Virus record (IMG/VR): IMGVR_UViG_3300047172_000080
Coordinates: 15,153 to 79,152 of that record
DNA length: 64,000 nt
Strand: one strand, 5' to 3'
Origin: a virus
Below are positions 47,661 through 57,599 of this stretch, piece after piece. How positions within the stretch are numbered: position 1 is the first letter of the stretch; each line of letters opens with the position of its first letter. The position numbers and the translations under genes are program-made. The notes beneath the pieces are model-generated. The model was not told the origin of the DNA, ran no database searches, and was given only the letters and a program-made list of their open reading frames with translations.

Positions 47661-49058
47661 CTAAACGTCAACATTATTTATTAAATTATTTTCTACCCAA
47701 GTATATACAGCTTCAGCTGCTTCTTCATTATTTTTATCATTAACTAAGTATTCATGATTAGGAAGTAGGTTAACATTAAAGTTTTTCATTGTAGAAATAG
47801 TATGTAATTTATGAAAACCAAAACTACCTTTGTATGATTCAGATTCTACAGCAAATGTAGAAGCAAGTTCATAAGGAGCTATTTTAATTCCTTTATTAAT
47901 TAATTCTTGTTTTCTGCTTCTATTAAAATCTGAATCATTTTCTCGTAATAATATTTGGTCACTTGGATGACAAGCTTCCAATGTGGGGTCAAATTTTAAA
48001 TCCTTCACAGCTTTAAAAAAATTCTTACTATAAAAACAAAAACCAAGATTGCCTACTTGATTATTAGGCAACCAATTCCAAGGAGAACCAATTACATCAT
48101 ATTTAAAAAATTCATCAGTCCAAGCGTAAGGATTAACAATATACCCATCAGGATGAATTTGAAGTATATGTTCAGTAAAATGCTCCAAATAATTTGAAAA
48201 TTGAGTTAACCCCCAAATACACATATCTTGCCAATGCTCAAATTTAGGAATTTTTACAAATGTAAAATTATTCATACCTAAAGATGAAGGTGGTAATTCA
48301 TTACTAAAATAAACAACTTTATCTACATCTACCCGATTATAAGAATGTTTAAGTGCCTGCAAGGTATCAGTATGATTAATAGTAGCTACAGCATATAATG
48401 TAGTATTAGGCAATTTAGGTTTAACAGGGCTATCCTCTAGTAAAGCCAATTTTGTATAAAATCTAGGTATAGCGTCTTTTTCGAAACCGAGTTCATAAGA
48501 GTTATGAAGATTTATTGTTTCTTGATGATCGTGATAGTTATATCCTTCTTCTAACTTAATCATCTTGTTATAAATTTTAGATATAACCTGAACTTCATAA
48601 TTCTCTTTTTGAAGATAATAGTTAAGCATTGTTTGTTCAGCTAAACAGATATCTTCTTTCCTATGGCTCCATACTTTCTCAAACAATTGAAAATGCTCTG
48701 GTGAATACATATATAAGCCAGCATTCAAATATTTACTAGAATCGATGTCATGCATCCAAGACACATTTTGGACAAAATCTGTATCTGTTCTATCTAAACA
48801 TGCAGTGAAGGTTTGTTTTCCGTTATTAAATATTTCTAAAGGATTCCACTTTTTTAGGCAATAAATATCAGAATCAAAGTACAAATAAGAATCTGCTTTA
48901 AACTGTTTATGAATTAAACATTTGAGCCATACAGGAGAAATACCTTTCTCTTCAAGTGTATAAACATGACATTTTAAACCTGTCATTTGCTGCATTCTTA
49001 ATGCAGCATAATAAGCGTCCTTTTTATAATTACCTACACCTAAAGTAATTCCGATCAT
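47661..49058 (-). CDS. two-domain glycosyltransferase (GT8-like plus DUF5672-like)
   Basis: YFDSD, YLNAG, EQTMLN; then IHPDGYIVNP.AW.DEFF.YD.IGSPW...GNLGF. Confidence 0.75.
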   Translation of the reverse strand: MIGITLGVGNYKKDAYYAALRMQQMTGLKCHVYTLEEKGISPVWLKCLIHKQFKADSYLYFDSDIYCLKKWNPLEIFNNGKQTFTACLDRTDTDFVQNVSWMHDIDSSKYLNAGLYMYSPEHFQLFEKVWSHRKEDICLAEQTMLNYYLQKENYEVQVISKIYNKMIKLEEGYNYHDHQETINLHNSYELGFEKDAIPRFYTKLALLEDSPVKPKLPNTTLYAVATINHTDTLQALKHSYNRVDVDKVVYFSNELPPSSLGMNNFTFVKIPKFEHWQDMCIWGLTQFSNYLEHFTEHILQIHPDGYIVNPYAWTDEFFKYDVIGSPWNWLPNNQVGNLGFCFYSKNFFKAVKDLKFDPTLEACHPSDQILLRENDSDFNRSRKQELINKGIKIAPYELASTFAVESESYKGSFGFHKLHTISTMKNFNVNLLPNHEYLVNDKNNEEAAEAVYTWVENNLINNVDV

Positions 49059-49107
49059 TTAGGAATATCTCATAACTGTGAGATATATCAATAACTATTT
49101 AAAAATT

Positions 49108-49527
49108 TTAATCCTCTAATAGATCTGCAAAACCAACCTTAGAACTACCATTTGGTCCACCTAAAAAAGCTCTATTATAGATTGGATCAAAATCATTGGC
49201 ATCAGCAGATTTTACTGTAGCAGAAGAAGGAACTCCACAACCTAATACGTCTTTAGATGCACATACTTGAGAAAGAGCTTTTGCTAAATAGGAAGGATTA
49301 GAACTAGCTTTCTTTACGAAATCTTTATAAGCAAAACGATCAGTTATAAAATCTGAATCATAAAGTGCGTCAGCAGCTATCTTTACAGCATTATCTAACT
49401 TATCTTGATCTACTTGCTTAGCTTCAGCTTGTTTTTTAAGTTCTGCAACTTCTTCTTCTAATGAACTAATCTTTACTAAAGCTAAATTATTAAACTCAGC
49501 TACTTTTTGAAGTAATTCCTTGTTCAT
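49108..49527 (-). CDS. putative scaffold-like head protein
   Basis: Coiled coil with K-x-A motifs; head module. Confidence 0.5.
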   Translation of the reverse strand: MNKELLQKVAEFNNLALVKISSLEEEVAELKKQAEAKQVDQDKLDNAVKIAADALYDSDFITDRFAYKDFVKKASSNPSYLAKALSQVCASKDVLGCGVPSSATVKSADANDFDPIYNRAFLGGPNGSSKVGFADLLED

Positions 49528-49681
49528 TATGCTTATGTTGTTCTAAGTCTACTAACCCATCTATAAACTCCATTACTTTAACTTTCTCTTCTTTAGGAAG
49601 TAAAAGTAAGGAGTCTATAGCTTCTTGTTTAATACCCTTATTTTGTGATTTCAACTTCTTTAGTTTTAAGCTTTGATTCAA
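49496..49681 (-). CDS. small hypothetical protein (start uncertain)
   Basis: Fills the gap between head genes. Confidence 0.3.
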   Translation of the reverse strand: MNQSLKLKKLKSQNKGIKQEAIDSLLLLPKEEKVKVMEFIDGLVDLEQHKHNEQGITSKSS

Positions 49682-50612
49682 GCTGTGTTAATACTAGAGA
49701 AGCAATCTTTTCAGCATGTTCAGCATCTGCTTTTTCTGCAGCTACTTTAGCTAATTGCGCTTCTTTTGCTTTTTCTTCAGCAGTCTTTTCTGTAGTTATT
49801 TTAGAAATCTCCTGCTCAAGAGTAGCAACTTTTTCAAGTAATACATTATCAGAAGCACTCTTATAAAGATTGTCAAAATAAGCTGCACCAGCTTCTTCAG
49901 CTACTTTTTCATTAATTACAGGTTCAGAAGTTACGGTAGGTGAAGCTACTTTGATTTCAGAAGCCATTTGAGTAATTAGTTCATCAAAGTCTCTACGACC
50001 AGCTTCTTTTAAAAACGCCTTTTCAGAAGCTGACTTTTCGATATACCCACTTGATTTTAATAGATCTACAATAAGTTCAGCACCTAGATTATAAGCAGCA
50101 ATCTTCTGAGCTAATTTTTCATTTACTACAGCAGCAATTTTAGCATCACTTACGACTTTACCTGCTTCTTCTTTAGAAGGTTCCTGTTTAAATTCATTTT
50201 CATTCTTTTCAGGCTTAACTTCGTTCTTTGCAACAGTATTAGTATCAGCAGGAACTGATTCCTGTTTGGTATCGGCACCAGGAGTACCAACAACAGTTTC
50301 TTGGCCTTCTGAATATTTGGTAATTAAAGAATGAATTTCTTCTGAAAGTTTCTTTAGATCACCAGCAGATTTAACACTGTTATCACTTACGACTTTACCT
50401 GCTTCTTCTTTAGAAGGTTCCTGTTTAAATTCGTTAGTATTATTTTCTGGTTTTACTTCGTTCTTATTAATTGTATTCGTAGCAGTAGGAATAGACTCAG
50501 GTTTTGTGTCTGCGCCGGGAGTACCTACAACAGATTCTTTACCACTTGCTTGTTTACGAACAAGATTTTGAATTTGATCGACTACTGATGCATGTTTGTT
50601 TAATTTTGCCAT
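49638..50612 (-). CDS. putative scaffolding protein with duplicated ~52-aa segment
   Basis: K/E/A-rich with many K-x-A sites; VVGTPGADTK...EFKQEPSKEEAGKVVSD occurs twice. Confidence 0.6.
   Translation of the reverse strand: MAKLNKHASVVDQIQNLVRKQASGKESVVGTPGADTKPESIPTATNTINKNEVKPENNTNEFKQEPSKEEAGKVVSDNSVKSAGDLKKLSEEIHSLITKYSEGQETVVGTPGADTKQESVPADTNTVAKNEVKPEKNENEFKQEPSKEEAGKVVSDAKIAAVVNEKLAQKIAAYNLGAELIVDLLKSSGYIEKSASEKAFLKEAGRRDFDELITQMASEIKVASPTVTSEPVINEKVAEEAGAAYFDNLYKSASDNVLLEKVATLEQEISKITTEKTAEEKAKEAQLAKVAAEKADAEHAEKIASLVLTQLESKLKTKEVEITK
50145..50432. repeat. 51-bp exact direct repeat within the scaffold-like gene
   Basis: 50145-50195 is identical to 50382-50432. Confidence 0.9.
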
Positions 50613-50647
50613 ATTTGTATTTCCAGATTATTTTATATTATATTAAA

Positions 50648-51382
50648 TTATTTAGTGATTGTAAACTTTTCCTTTAACAATCTATCTACACCAGCTTCTT
50701 TTAAAATAGCTAGAGTTTGATCGTATGTTAAATTATCAGCAGATGCCTTCTCCCCAATTCCTTGGAAATAAGCCAAGGTATCTTCATCTACTTCAGAGGC
50801 TATCTTGGTAACTTGAGCTGTCTTTTGGAAAGCTACTTTACAAGTCTCAATTGAATTATTTAATGCTTCTCCATAGAAATTAACAGCATCTTCGATTGAA
50901 TAGCCTTTTGAAGAAGCACTTTTTAAGAAACCACTAATATATTCAGAAGTCTTAGCTATAGCTAAATTCTGTTGATGCTCAGGAGCCATTTCTCCCATTC
51001 CTGAGTCTTGTTGCCCACCAGCTTGTAAATGCTGAGCTACTAGAGCAGCAACCTGTTCTATTTGTTCGTCAGAAAGAGGCATTCCCTGTCCTTGACTAGG
51101 ATCTCCACCCATAGAAGGATCTTGGACAGAAGGAGCCTGATGAGGACGCCCATGATGAGCATGAGAAGGATGAGCGGGGTGTTCAGGAGGAAGAGCCGAA
51201 GGATCTGTACCTTGACTAGGATCTCCACCTTGAGACGATAAATGCGCCATTAAAGCTTCAAGTTGAGCAGGATCAACATCTTCGCCAGATGCTTGTTTAA
51301 TTACTTGAGCAACTTCTTGAACAGAGGCTCCTTGTTCCTTAGCGGCAGTTAAAAAATTTATAAAGGCTTCTTTTTCAATCAT
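50648..51382 (-). CDS. head-module protein with three leader-like helical repeats and a Q/P/H-rich linker
   Basis: AFINFLTAAKEQG, YISGFLKSASSKG, YFQGIGEKASADN. Confidence 0.6.
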   Translation of the reverse strand: MIEKEAFINFLTAAKEQGASVQEVAQVIKQASGEDVDPAQLEALMAHLSSQGGDPSQGTDPSALPPEHPAHPSHAHHGRPHQAPSVQDPSMGGDPSQGQGMPLSDEQIEQVAALVAQHLQAGGQQDSGMGEMAPEHQQNLAIAKTSEYISGFLKSASSKGYSIEDAVNFYGEALNNSIETCKVAFQKTAQVTKIASEVDEDTLAYFQGIGEKASADNLTYDQTLAILKEAGVDRLLKEKFTITK

Positions 51383-51450
51383 GGGATTTTTCTTTCGATT
51401 ATTGTTAATGTTATTATTTTATAAGATACTATACAAGTCTTTATTTACTA

Positions 51451-54063
51451 TTATCTTCTATTTACTACAAGAGTATTAATCATGAAATCATCGGTTAACT
51501 TACCTTGATCATCTAAGTAACTAAGAGCAGAAAGTTGATAATTAGCATATTTAACAGCTAATTGCTCTTCAAATAAAGATTTTGATTTAACACTAGATTC
51601 CTTTTTTAATTCTACTTTAGGTCTAGTTACTATAGTAATTCTCATGATTCTATTCTTAACAGGTTCGTCAAATAAAGAATGATCACCAGTAAGAGACTTA
51701 ACTAATTCCATAATTTCAGAAGGAACTCTTGAACTTGAACTAGGTTCAAAATCTTCATTATGTAATTCCTCATCATTATCTTTTAATTTTTCATGTATAG
51801 AAGGAAGATGAGTTTTCATTCCTTCTAAATGATCATCGTTCATTTTATTATCAAAAATATATTTAAAAAACTCCTCTGGTGTAAATATGATTCCTTTATC
51901 TGCAAGAGCTTTGAGTAATTGATGATGATCAAATTTACGTAATTCGCTAATAGTTTTATCTGATATTTCAGATGAGTAATTAATTTTAGGAAGTTCATTC
52001 TTAATGAACTTATCTCTGGAATTTTCAACTTTACCAGAAGCTATCATATCAATATGTTTTTCTAACTTAGCTAGTTTATTAACAATTGATCTTTTATTAG
52101 ATGCAAACTTAGAAAGAGTTAAAGAAGGAGGAAGATATATTTCTGCAGCTTGTTTTAAATTATTAGTATAACGATCTTGAATATTATTGCTATCTGAAGC
52201 ATTTTTTTCCAAATTATTTAATGAATAAGCTACTCTATCAGCAGGACGCCTTACTTTACTAATTTCAAAGAACTCAGGGTCTGGATTTAACATTCCTACC
52301 ATTTTACCTTCTTTAGTAATCTCACCTAATTGAGAAGGGATATGCTTACATCTTTTTTTAGCATCAGGAGCTTTATGTCCACAAATAGAACAAACATCGT
52401 AAGGTACTTGGCAATTTGAAACCCCTATAAAATTAGCAACAAAAGAATGATCCCCTGGAATAGTTAAATCATATACTTTTTCTTGAAGGTGAATTTTTTC
52501 AATTTTATAAATTTGATGATAAACACATGACCCTTCAATGTAGCATCTCTGTTTTTTAATAGAATAAGGCAGAGATATTTTGTCTTTTCCTTGATACTTA
52601 AGTCCAGTTAAATTTCTGGTCATTAACCGCTCAGAATATCCATATTCTTTAGGTATTTTATACAAACTCAAATATTTAATCTGGTCCGAATTAAATTTAA
52701 TTGTGTAAGAGGTGCATTTTTTACTTTTACACTTACCAAAGACAGCAATGATATTATTTCTCCACGCTAACTGGCATAATTGCCATATCAAGATTTTAGA
52801 AATAGATGAGCCGATTACAATATGGTGATTTTTATGCCAAGAACCATCTCCTTCTAAATACTTCTCCAATACAATTTTTTGAGTCGTTAAAGGCCATTCC
52901 ATTACCTCTTGAGAAAGCTTTTTAGATCTAGCATACTTACCACCATCTCTTACAAGCTTGTTAAGTAAGTCTATATTTCTACATCTTATTACACGTTTAG
53001 TATTCTCGGGTCTTTCATACTCACTAATTTGTCTCTCTTCTATACCTAAAGCTAATAAAGCTTTTTTTAATTCATTACAATATTCAACTTCTTTAATGTT
53101 AAAAGTCCAATCTATATTCCAATAGTATTTTGAATATTTCTTAGGCGTATAAGCATTTCCTTCTGCTAAATAATAACCTAGTACAATTGCGTAATTTAAA
53201 TCAATTGTAGTTGTCAAAACATAATTAGAAAAAGGAGTAGAAACAAAGTCTCCAACTCTTAAATCTTTAGCAAGTCTATAACCTTCTGCAGCTTTCGAAA
53301 AATTTCTATAAGCTTCCTGATGTGCTATATCTTTGATTTGATGTAAATGGGATCGTAATTGACTAAAACTTTTTCCACATGCAGGACATTTACAATTTTT
53401 TTGATATTTAGGTCTTACCCAAATAGGATGATCATTTGTTGATATTGCTTCATCAGGCAAACCATAGCACTTTAAAAGTATACCTTCATCATCATAAGCT
53501 CGACTCATTGTATGAGAAACAGTTCCTAAATTACCTTGTCTAGTAATAACAGTATCTCCTACAGCAATATCTTTAATCATTCTCTCAGTATTATTAGATA
53601 ATAACACCGGAGTATTTCCTGGAAAACAAGCCATACTAAAAGCTTGTTGTTTACCTGTAGCTATCTTATGGAGTGCTTCTTCATTCTTTGGATTCTTTTC
53701 ATCTAATCCAATCATTAATTCAACACGCTTCATTTTCTTATGATAATCAGAAGCATGAATCTTACCATATACGGGGTCAGTTATTTTATTCTTGTGATTC
53801 TCATGTACTCTACCTGATTTAACAAAAGTATGATGACATCTATCTAAATCATCTTCTAACCAATAATCTCCATTTCTATTATGCCCTGTTGATTCACAAG
53901 CACTAAGAGCTAATAAGTGAACTGGAACTTGATCTTTCCCAACCTTAACATTTTTAAATCTTTCACTACCTGCACGTTTATGTAGTTGTTTCCAATCTGT
54001 GATAATCGCCACAGGTTCAACATCTGTTTTAAAATCGTCTGTAGTACTAAATTTAACTAGCAT
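51451..54063 (-). CDS. putative prohead/capsid maturation protease containing an intein
   Basis: Extein NRNGD...H.NH...FSMA|CQVPYDVCSICG...CKHI...FFEISKV..PAD; sits upstream of scaffold and capsid genes. Confidence 0.65.
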   Translation of the reverse strand: MLVKFSTTDDFKTDVEPVAIITDWKQLHKRAGSERFKNVKVGKDQVPVHLLALSACESTGHNRNGDYWLEDDLDRCHHTFVKSGRVHENHKNKITDPVYGKIHASDYHKKMKRVELMIGLDEKNPKNEEALHKIATGKQQAFSMACFPGNTPVLLSNNTERMIKDIAVGDTVITRQGNLGTVSHTMSRAYDDEGILLKCYGLPDEAISTNDHPIWVRPKYQKNCKCPACGKSFSQLRSHLHQIKDIAHQEAYRNFSKAAEGYRLAKDLRVGDFVSTPFSNYVLTTTIDLNYAIVLGYYLAEGNAYTPKKYSKYYWNIDWTFNIKEVEYCNELKKALLALGIEERQISEYERPENTKRVIRCRNIDLLNKLVRDGGKYARSKKLSQEVMEWPLTTQKIVLEKYLEGDGSWHKNHHIVIGSSISKILIWQLCQLAWRNNIIAVFGKCKSKKCTSYTIKFNSDQIKYLSLYKIPKEYGYSERLMTRNLTGLKYQGKDKISLPYSIKKQRCYIEGSCVYHQIYKIEKIHLQEKVYDLTIPGDHSFVANFIGVSNCQVPYDVCSICGHKAPDAKKRCKHIPSQLGEITKEGKMVGMLNPDPEFFEISKVRRPADRVAYSLNNLEKNASDSNNIQDRYTNNLKQAAEIYLPPSLTLSKFASNKRSIVNKLAKLEKHIDMIASGKVENSRDKFIKNELPKINYSSEISDKTISELRKFDHHQLLKALADKGIIFTPEEFFKYIFDNKMNDDHLEGMKTHLPSIHEKLKDNDEELHNEDFEPSSSSRVPSEIMELVKSLTGDHSLFDEPVKNRIMRITIVTRPKVELKKESSVKSKSLFEEQLAVKYANYQLSALSYLDDQGKLTDDFMINTLVVNRR
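52414..53628 (-). mobile_element. intein (405 aa) with LAGLIDADG homing endonuclease
   Basis: Starts CFPGNTPV; TNDHP block B; LGYYLAEG and YLEGDG motifs; ends VYDLTIPGDHSFVANFIGVSN before Cys+1. Confidence 0.92.
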
Positions 54064-54069
54064 AAATTA

Positions 54070-54510
54070 TTACTGCATTGGCATTGGCTGAGCTTCAGGT
54101 TGTTGAGGTTGAGAGCTATGAGACATAGCTTTACCTGCTCCGTATAATCCAGCTGCACCTAAACCACCTACTGCTCCAACTGTTCCTACACCTTTAAGTA
54201 AATCCATTAAATGCTTATCTCTAGCTTGCATATGCCCTATTTGTTCATCACCAATAGCCAGTGGATTAGACCATGGGGCACTTTTAGCATGTTCATGCAT
54301 TCCTTTATAATTATCAGGTATATGAGTAACGTCATTATAACGATTCATTCCAAACTCTTTAGCTTTACCTAAACCACTCATAAAAAGAGCTTTGAGTTCT
54401 TCTAGATTAGCTGGAAAAGCTTGTTTAACTAAACTAGTAATTTCATCTCTTGTAAAACCATATTGTTGAGCACGTTTTACAAAACCATTTACCATTGATT
54501 GTTTGTTCAT
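54070..54510 (-). CDS. GFxKxA-leader cargo protein with Gly-zipper
   Basis: MNKQSMVNGFVKRAQQYGFTRDEITSLVKQA, then GVGTVGAVGGLGAAGLYGAG. Confidence 0.7.
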   Translation of the reverse strand: MNKQSMVNGFVKRAQQYGFTRDEITSLVKQAFPANLEELKALFMSGLGKAKEFGMNRYNDVTHIPDNYKGMHEHAKSAPWSNPLAIGDEQIGHMQARDKHLMDLLKGVGTVGAVGGLGAAGLYGAGKAMSHSSQPQQPEAQPMPMQ

Positions 54511-54517
54511 AATTTTA
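54415..54517. repeat. 103-bp direct repeat copy A (leader-encoding)
   Basis: Matches 58017-58119 with one mismatch (54492/58094). Confidence 0.95.
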
Positions 54518-54938
54518 TTTCTATGTTATCCATCAAGTATCCAATACCCCCACCTAGAGCCATACCTCCTAATCCACTACCTAACGCTAAAGCACCATGA
54601 TGCATTAATGCACGAGAAGACATGTTTGTAGCTGATAAGGCATCCATGTGAAGTATACCAGGAGTAACTCCTAGCATTAATCCTAAATTTGTATCTTTAT
54701 AAGGATTAGGTTTAGATTCTGTTTTTTTTAAATTTGCTTCCTTTGCATTCATATTTATTTGTTGGTTATTATTTCTATTTTTAAATTTATCATACAAAAA
54801 TATAGAGGCTGCAGTACTTGGAACTGCTTTAGTATAAGCATTTATATATTTTGAACCATGATTTTTAAAATGTTTATATAATGAAGGTAAACCTGTAGCT
54901 TCTAAATATTTAACTCCTGAGCCATTCATATTATTCAA
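54507..54938 (-). CDS. Gly-zipper protein
   Basis: GALALGSGLGGMALGGGIGYL. Confidence 0.6.
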   Translation of the reverse strand: MNNMNGSGVKYLEATGLPSLYKHFKNHGSKYINAYTKAVPSTAASIFLYDKFKNRNNNQQINMNAKEANLKKTESKPNPYKDTNLGLMLGVTPGILHMDALSATNMSSRALMHHGALALGSGLGGMALGGGIGYLMDNIEIKL

Positions 54939-55851
54939 ATTTCCCTTCTGTCATTCTACGATTTTTCATCCATTCCTGGACTTTAGGTTTTCCATAAATT
55001 TTCTTCTGAGCATAACTCATCAAAGGAGATAAGGCCATTCCAGCTAGCCCTGCAGCAGCAGCACCTCCAGCTATTCTAGGATTAATATGTGACGCAAAGT
55101 TCTTTACCTTACCTAAAGGATCAACAGAACGATAAGCTGCTTTACGTGCAATATCTCCAGAACTTAAATCATTTCTTTTTCCTAGTTCTTGTACAATATT
55201 TTTAAAATGATGCCCTTGTGGTTGTTCTCCAGGTTTTAAAGAAGATTTAGGAAAGTTAGAACTTAATGTTCTAATTAATTGTGCATCGTTAGCTCCTTCT
55301 AATTTTGTACGAGAAGGTTCTAAACTATGATAGAAATCACTATATAAACCTACTCCATCCCCTTTAGAATTAAAATGTTTTTTAGTATCCCCAGTAGGAT
55401 TTTTAAACTTATCTAATACAGGAACTTCATCTACAGATTCAGGAAATACTCTAGAAAGATCAGGGCGTTCTAAAAAGTCTTTTTCTGATAAACCTTTAGA
55501 CCCATCTTTTTTACCATAACTAGCTTTATTTTTGGTTATCTCTCTTTGAAGAAGATGATCCTTTAACAAGCTATGCCCTACTTGACCACCAATAACTCCA
55601 GTAGCTAGTACAGGAGCTTTATTTAATAAATCATGAATAGTCGCTTGAATAGGATGTTTGTCATAAAAGGTTTCTACTTCTTTATTTTTTTTACCAATAA
55701 GATATTGAGTAGAATCTAAACCTTTTAAACTATCATCTAGTAGTTGATTAGAATCACTTTTTTCAAAGCTATCTAAATCAGGTCGTCTCTGATCTAGATA
55801 ATCAGAAATCATTCTGTGTAAGTGTTCAGGATTGTTTAAGTCTATTGGCAT
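54931..55851 (-). CDS. basic protein with Gly/Ala hydrophobic helices
   Basis: VLATGVIGG; IAGGAAAAGLAGMAL. Confidence 0.6.
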   Translation of the reverse strand: MPIDLNNPEHLHRMISDYLDQRRPDLDSFEKSDSNQLLDDSLKGLDSTQYLIGKKNKEVETFYDKHPIQATIHDLLNKAPVLATGVIGGQVGHSLLKDHLLQREITKNKASYGKKDGSKGLSEKDFLERPDLSRVFPESVDEVPVLDKFKNPTGDTKKHFNSKGDGVGLYSDFYHSLEPSRTKLEGANDAQLIRTLSSNFPKSSLKPGEQPQGHHFKNIVQELGKRNDLSSGDIARKAAYRSVDPLGKVKNFASHINPRIAGGAAAAGLAGMALSPLMSYAQKKIYGKPKVQEWMKNRRMTEGKFE

Positions 55852-55862
55852 AAAATTATAAA

Positions 55863-56132
55863 TTATCCGCGAGCGGCTGTTGTAGCAATAGGATCAGATA
55901 CTGTAGTGGCAGACTCAGGAATACCATGTGTGTTACTAAACACCTTACCCATTCCAAGATTAACCTTAGGTGAAGCAGGCATAGGTGGAGGAGGTTGCAT
56001 AGGGGGGGTCATAGGAGCCATTGTGGGAACCATTTGATTCGATATTTTATACAAAAGTGCTTCTGCTTCTTGGGTAGATAATCCTCGTTGCTTAGCTCTT
56101 TTTATAAAACCATTCTTAAAAAAGTTATTCAT
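55863..56132 (-). CDS. GFxKxA-leader protein with Pro-rich tail
   Basis: MNNFFKNGFIKRAKQRGLSTQEAEALLYKIS. Confidence 0.65.
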   Translation of the reverse strand: MNNFFKNGFIKRAKQRGLSTQEAEALLYKISNQMVPTMAPMTPPMQPPPPMPASPKVNLGMGKVFSNTHGIPESATTVSDPIATTAARG

Positions 56133-56133
56133 A

Positions 56134-56730
56134 TTACAATGCTCTATATGTACCTAATTGATTATTAGCAAATTGACGTTCTTTAGAAAGAGTATCAAAG
56201 GTTGTTTGCATATTGCCAGGGTGTGTTAACTTCTTTAATGAGGTAACATCTTGTTTAGTTTTATTAAAGTGTTTTACACCTCCTGCTAAAGCACCTATAC
56301 CTAACCCTACAGCTCGGCTCCAACCAGGAAGATGTTTAACTAAACTTGTATACTTTGGATTTACTAAAGAAGATGCAGCTTCTCCTGCGAGATGCCCAGC
56401 ACCAAAACCAGCAACGCCACCTAAGATGCCATGACCTACTCCTGATTTAACTCCTTCAATATCAGGATTACGATCATAATATTTATCTCTAAGTTTTAAA
56501 ATATCTTGATTGTATTCACGAGCATATGGGTGAGTATCATCTACATTATAAGCAGGACTTTTTCCTCTTTCAGCCAACATATCTTTAATGTTCTGAAAAT
56601 CCTCAGGTGAGTAATCTGAATTAGCAACTTTACTGACTTCATGATTATACATCGCTTCAGATTCTTCTGTAGTATAACCTTTATCAAAAGCTGACTTCAT
56701 GAAACCATATTTAAAATATTGAGTAAGCAT
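56134..56730 (-). CDS. GFxKxA-leader cargo protein with two Gly-zippers
   Basis: MLTQYFKYGFMKSAFDKGYTTEE...KVA; GILGGVAGFGAG; AVGLGIGALAGG. Confidence 0.65.
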   Translation of the reverse strand: MLTQYFKYGFMKSAFDKGYTTEESEAMYNHEVSKVANSDYSPEDFQNIKDMLAERGKSPAYNVDDTHPYAREYNQDILKLRDKYYDRNPDIEGVKSGVGHGILGGVAGFGAGHLAGEAASSLVNPKYTSLVKHLPGWSRAVGLGIGALAGGVKHFNKTKQDVTSLKKLTHPGNMQTTFDTLSKERQFANNQLGTYRAL

Positions 56731-56736
56731 ATAATT

Positions 56737-57594
56737 TTAACCTTGTACTTGAGGATCTCCTTGATAAGCCGCTTGAGGAGTTGGTTGAGGAGTTGGTTGA
56801 GGAGTTGGTTGAGAAGCATTAGCTATCTGATTTATAAAAGGAGTAGCTACAAACGGTGCGGCTGTTCCACCGATTGTACCAAGTAACCCAGGCTTTTTCG
56901 TAGATGTTTGACCTATAAAATTTATAAATTTATCCGTTAAACTTCTAGATTTAACTCCATTCAATGCTGCTTTTCTCGCAGCCATTGCTCCCAATGCTTC
57001 TGCACCTTCGTAACCACCCCATCCAGCCAATCCTTGACCTAAGAGTTCAATTAACAACGGTAAAATAGCTTCTTTAGTAAAACCTGCATTCTTCATCAAT
57101 GTAGGTAGTGCTTCTTTAGTAACTCCTTTACTCATTGCTTGTTTAGCAAATCCTTCTGTATAAGAATCAACTGCTGATTTTTTATGCATTGAATGTACAC
57201 CCATTCCTAAACCTACAGCACCTACACCAAGAGAACCAACTCCTTTAGTAATCTCCACGTTGTTATCATGCTTCTCTTTTCTCCATGCATCCCAATCAAA
57301 CGTAGGATCATAACTATACGGTTCTTTATCTGCTAATGCCTTAACTTTAGCTATATTGTCAGGAAGGTGGTTAACTGGGTTTACAATATGTTGTTTAAAT
57401 AAAGCGGAGAGAGAAGCTTTCTTTTCAGGTAAACCAGTATGTTTTGTTTTAGTGAAATGCTTTAGTGATGCAGAAGAAATACCTTTAGCCGCTTCTTGAG
57501 CTTTAGGAGATAATTTTTTCATATAGGTAGGATGTTGCTTTGCATTTTCTAAAGCGTACATAAATCTGGATTGAGATTTAGAAGAACTAGGCAT
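56737..57594 (-). CDS. multi-module protein: DUF3008-like N-terminus, internal GFxKxA leader, Gly-zippers, PTPQ repeats
   Basis: MPSSSKSQSRFM...FTKTKHTGLPEKK; YTEGFAKQAMSKG; 12-bp tandem repeat at 56773-56813. Confidence 0.65.
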   Translation of the reverse strand: MPSSSKSQSRFMYALENAKQHPTYMKKLSPKAQEAAKGISSASLKHFTKTKHTGLPEKKASLSALFKQHIVNPVNHLPDNIAKVKALADKEPYSYDPTFDWDAWRKEKHDNNVEITKGVGSLGVGAVGLGMGVHSMHKKSAVDSYTEGFAKQAMSKGVTKEALPTLMKNAGFTKEAILPLLIELLGQGLAGWGGYEGAEALGAMAARKAALNGVKSRSLTDKFINFIGQTSTKKPGLLGTIGGTAAPFVATPFINQIANASQPTPQPTPQPTPQAAYQGDPQVQG

Positions 57595-57599
57595 TATAC

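Noticed and set aside
7111-56434. Other short ORFs antisense to or nested in long genes (e.g. 7111, 7254, 12324, 25280, 26364, 29239, 32771, 35540, 35996, 37713, 39707, 40268, 46113, 49645, 51840, 56213)
   Set aside because: They overlap well-supported genes and show no motifs or initiation signals
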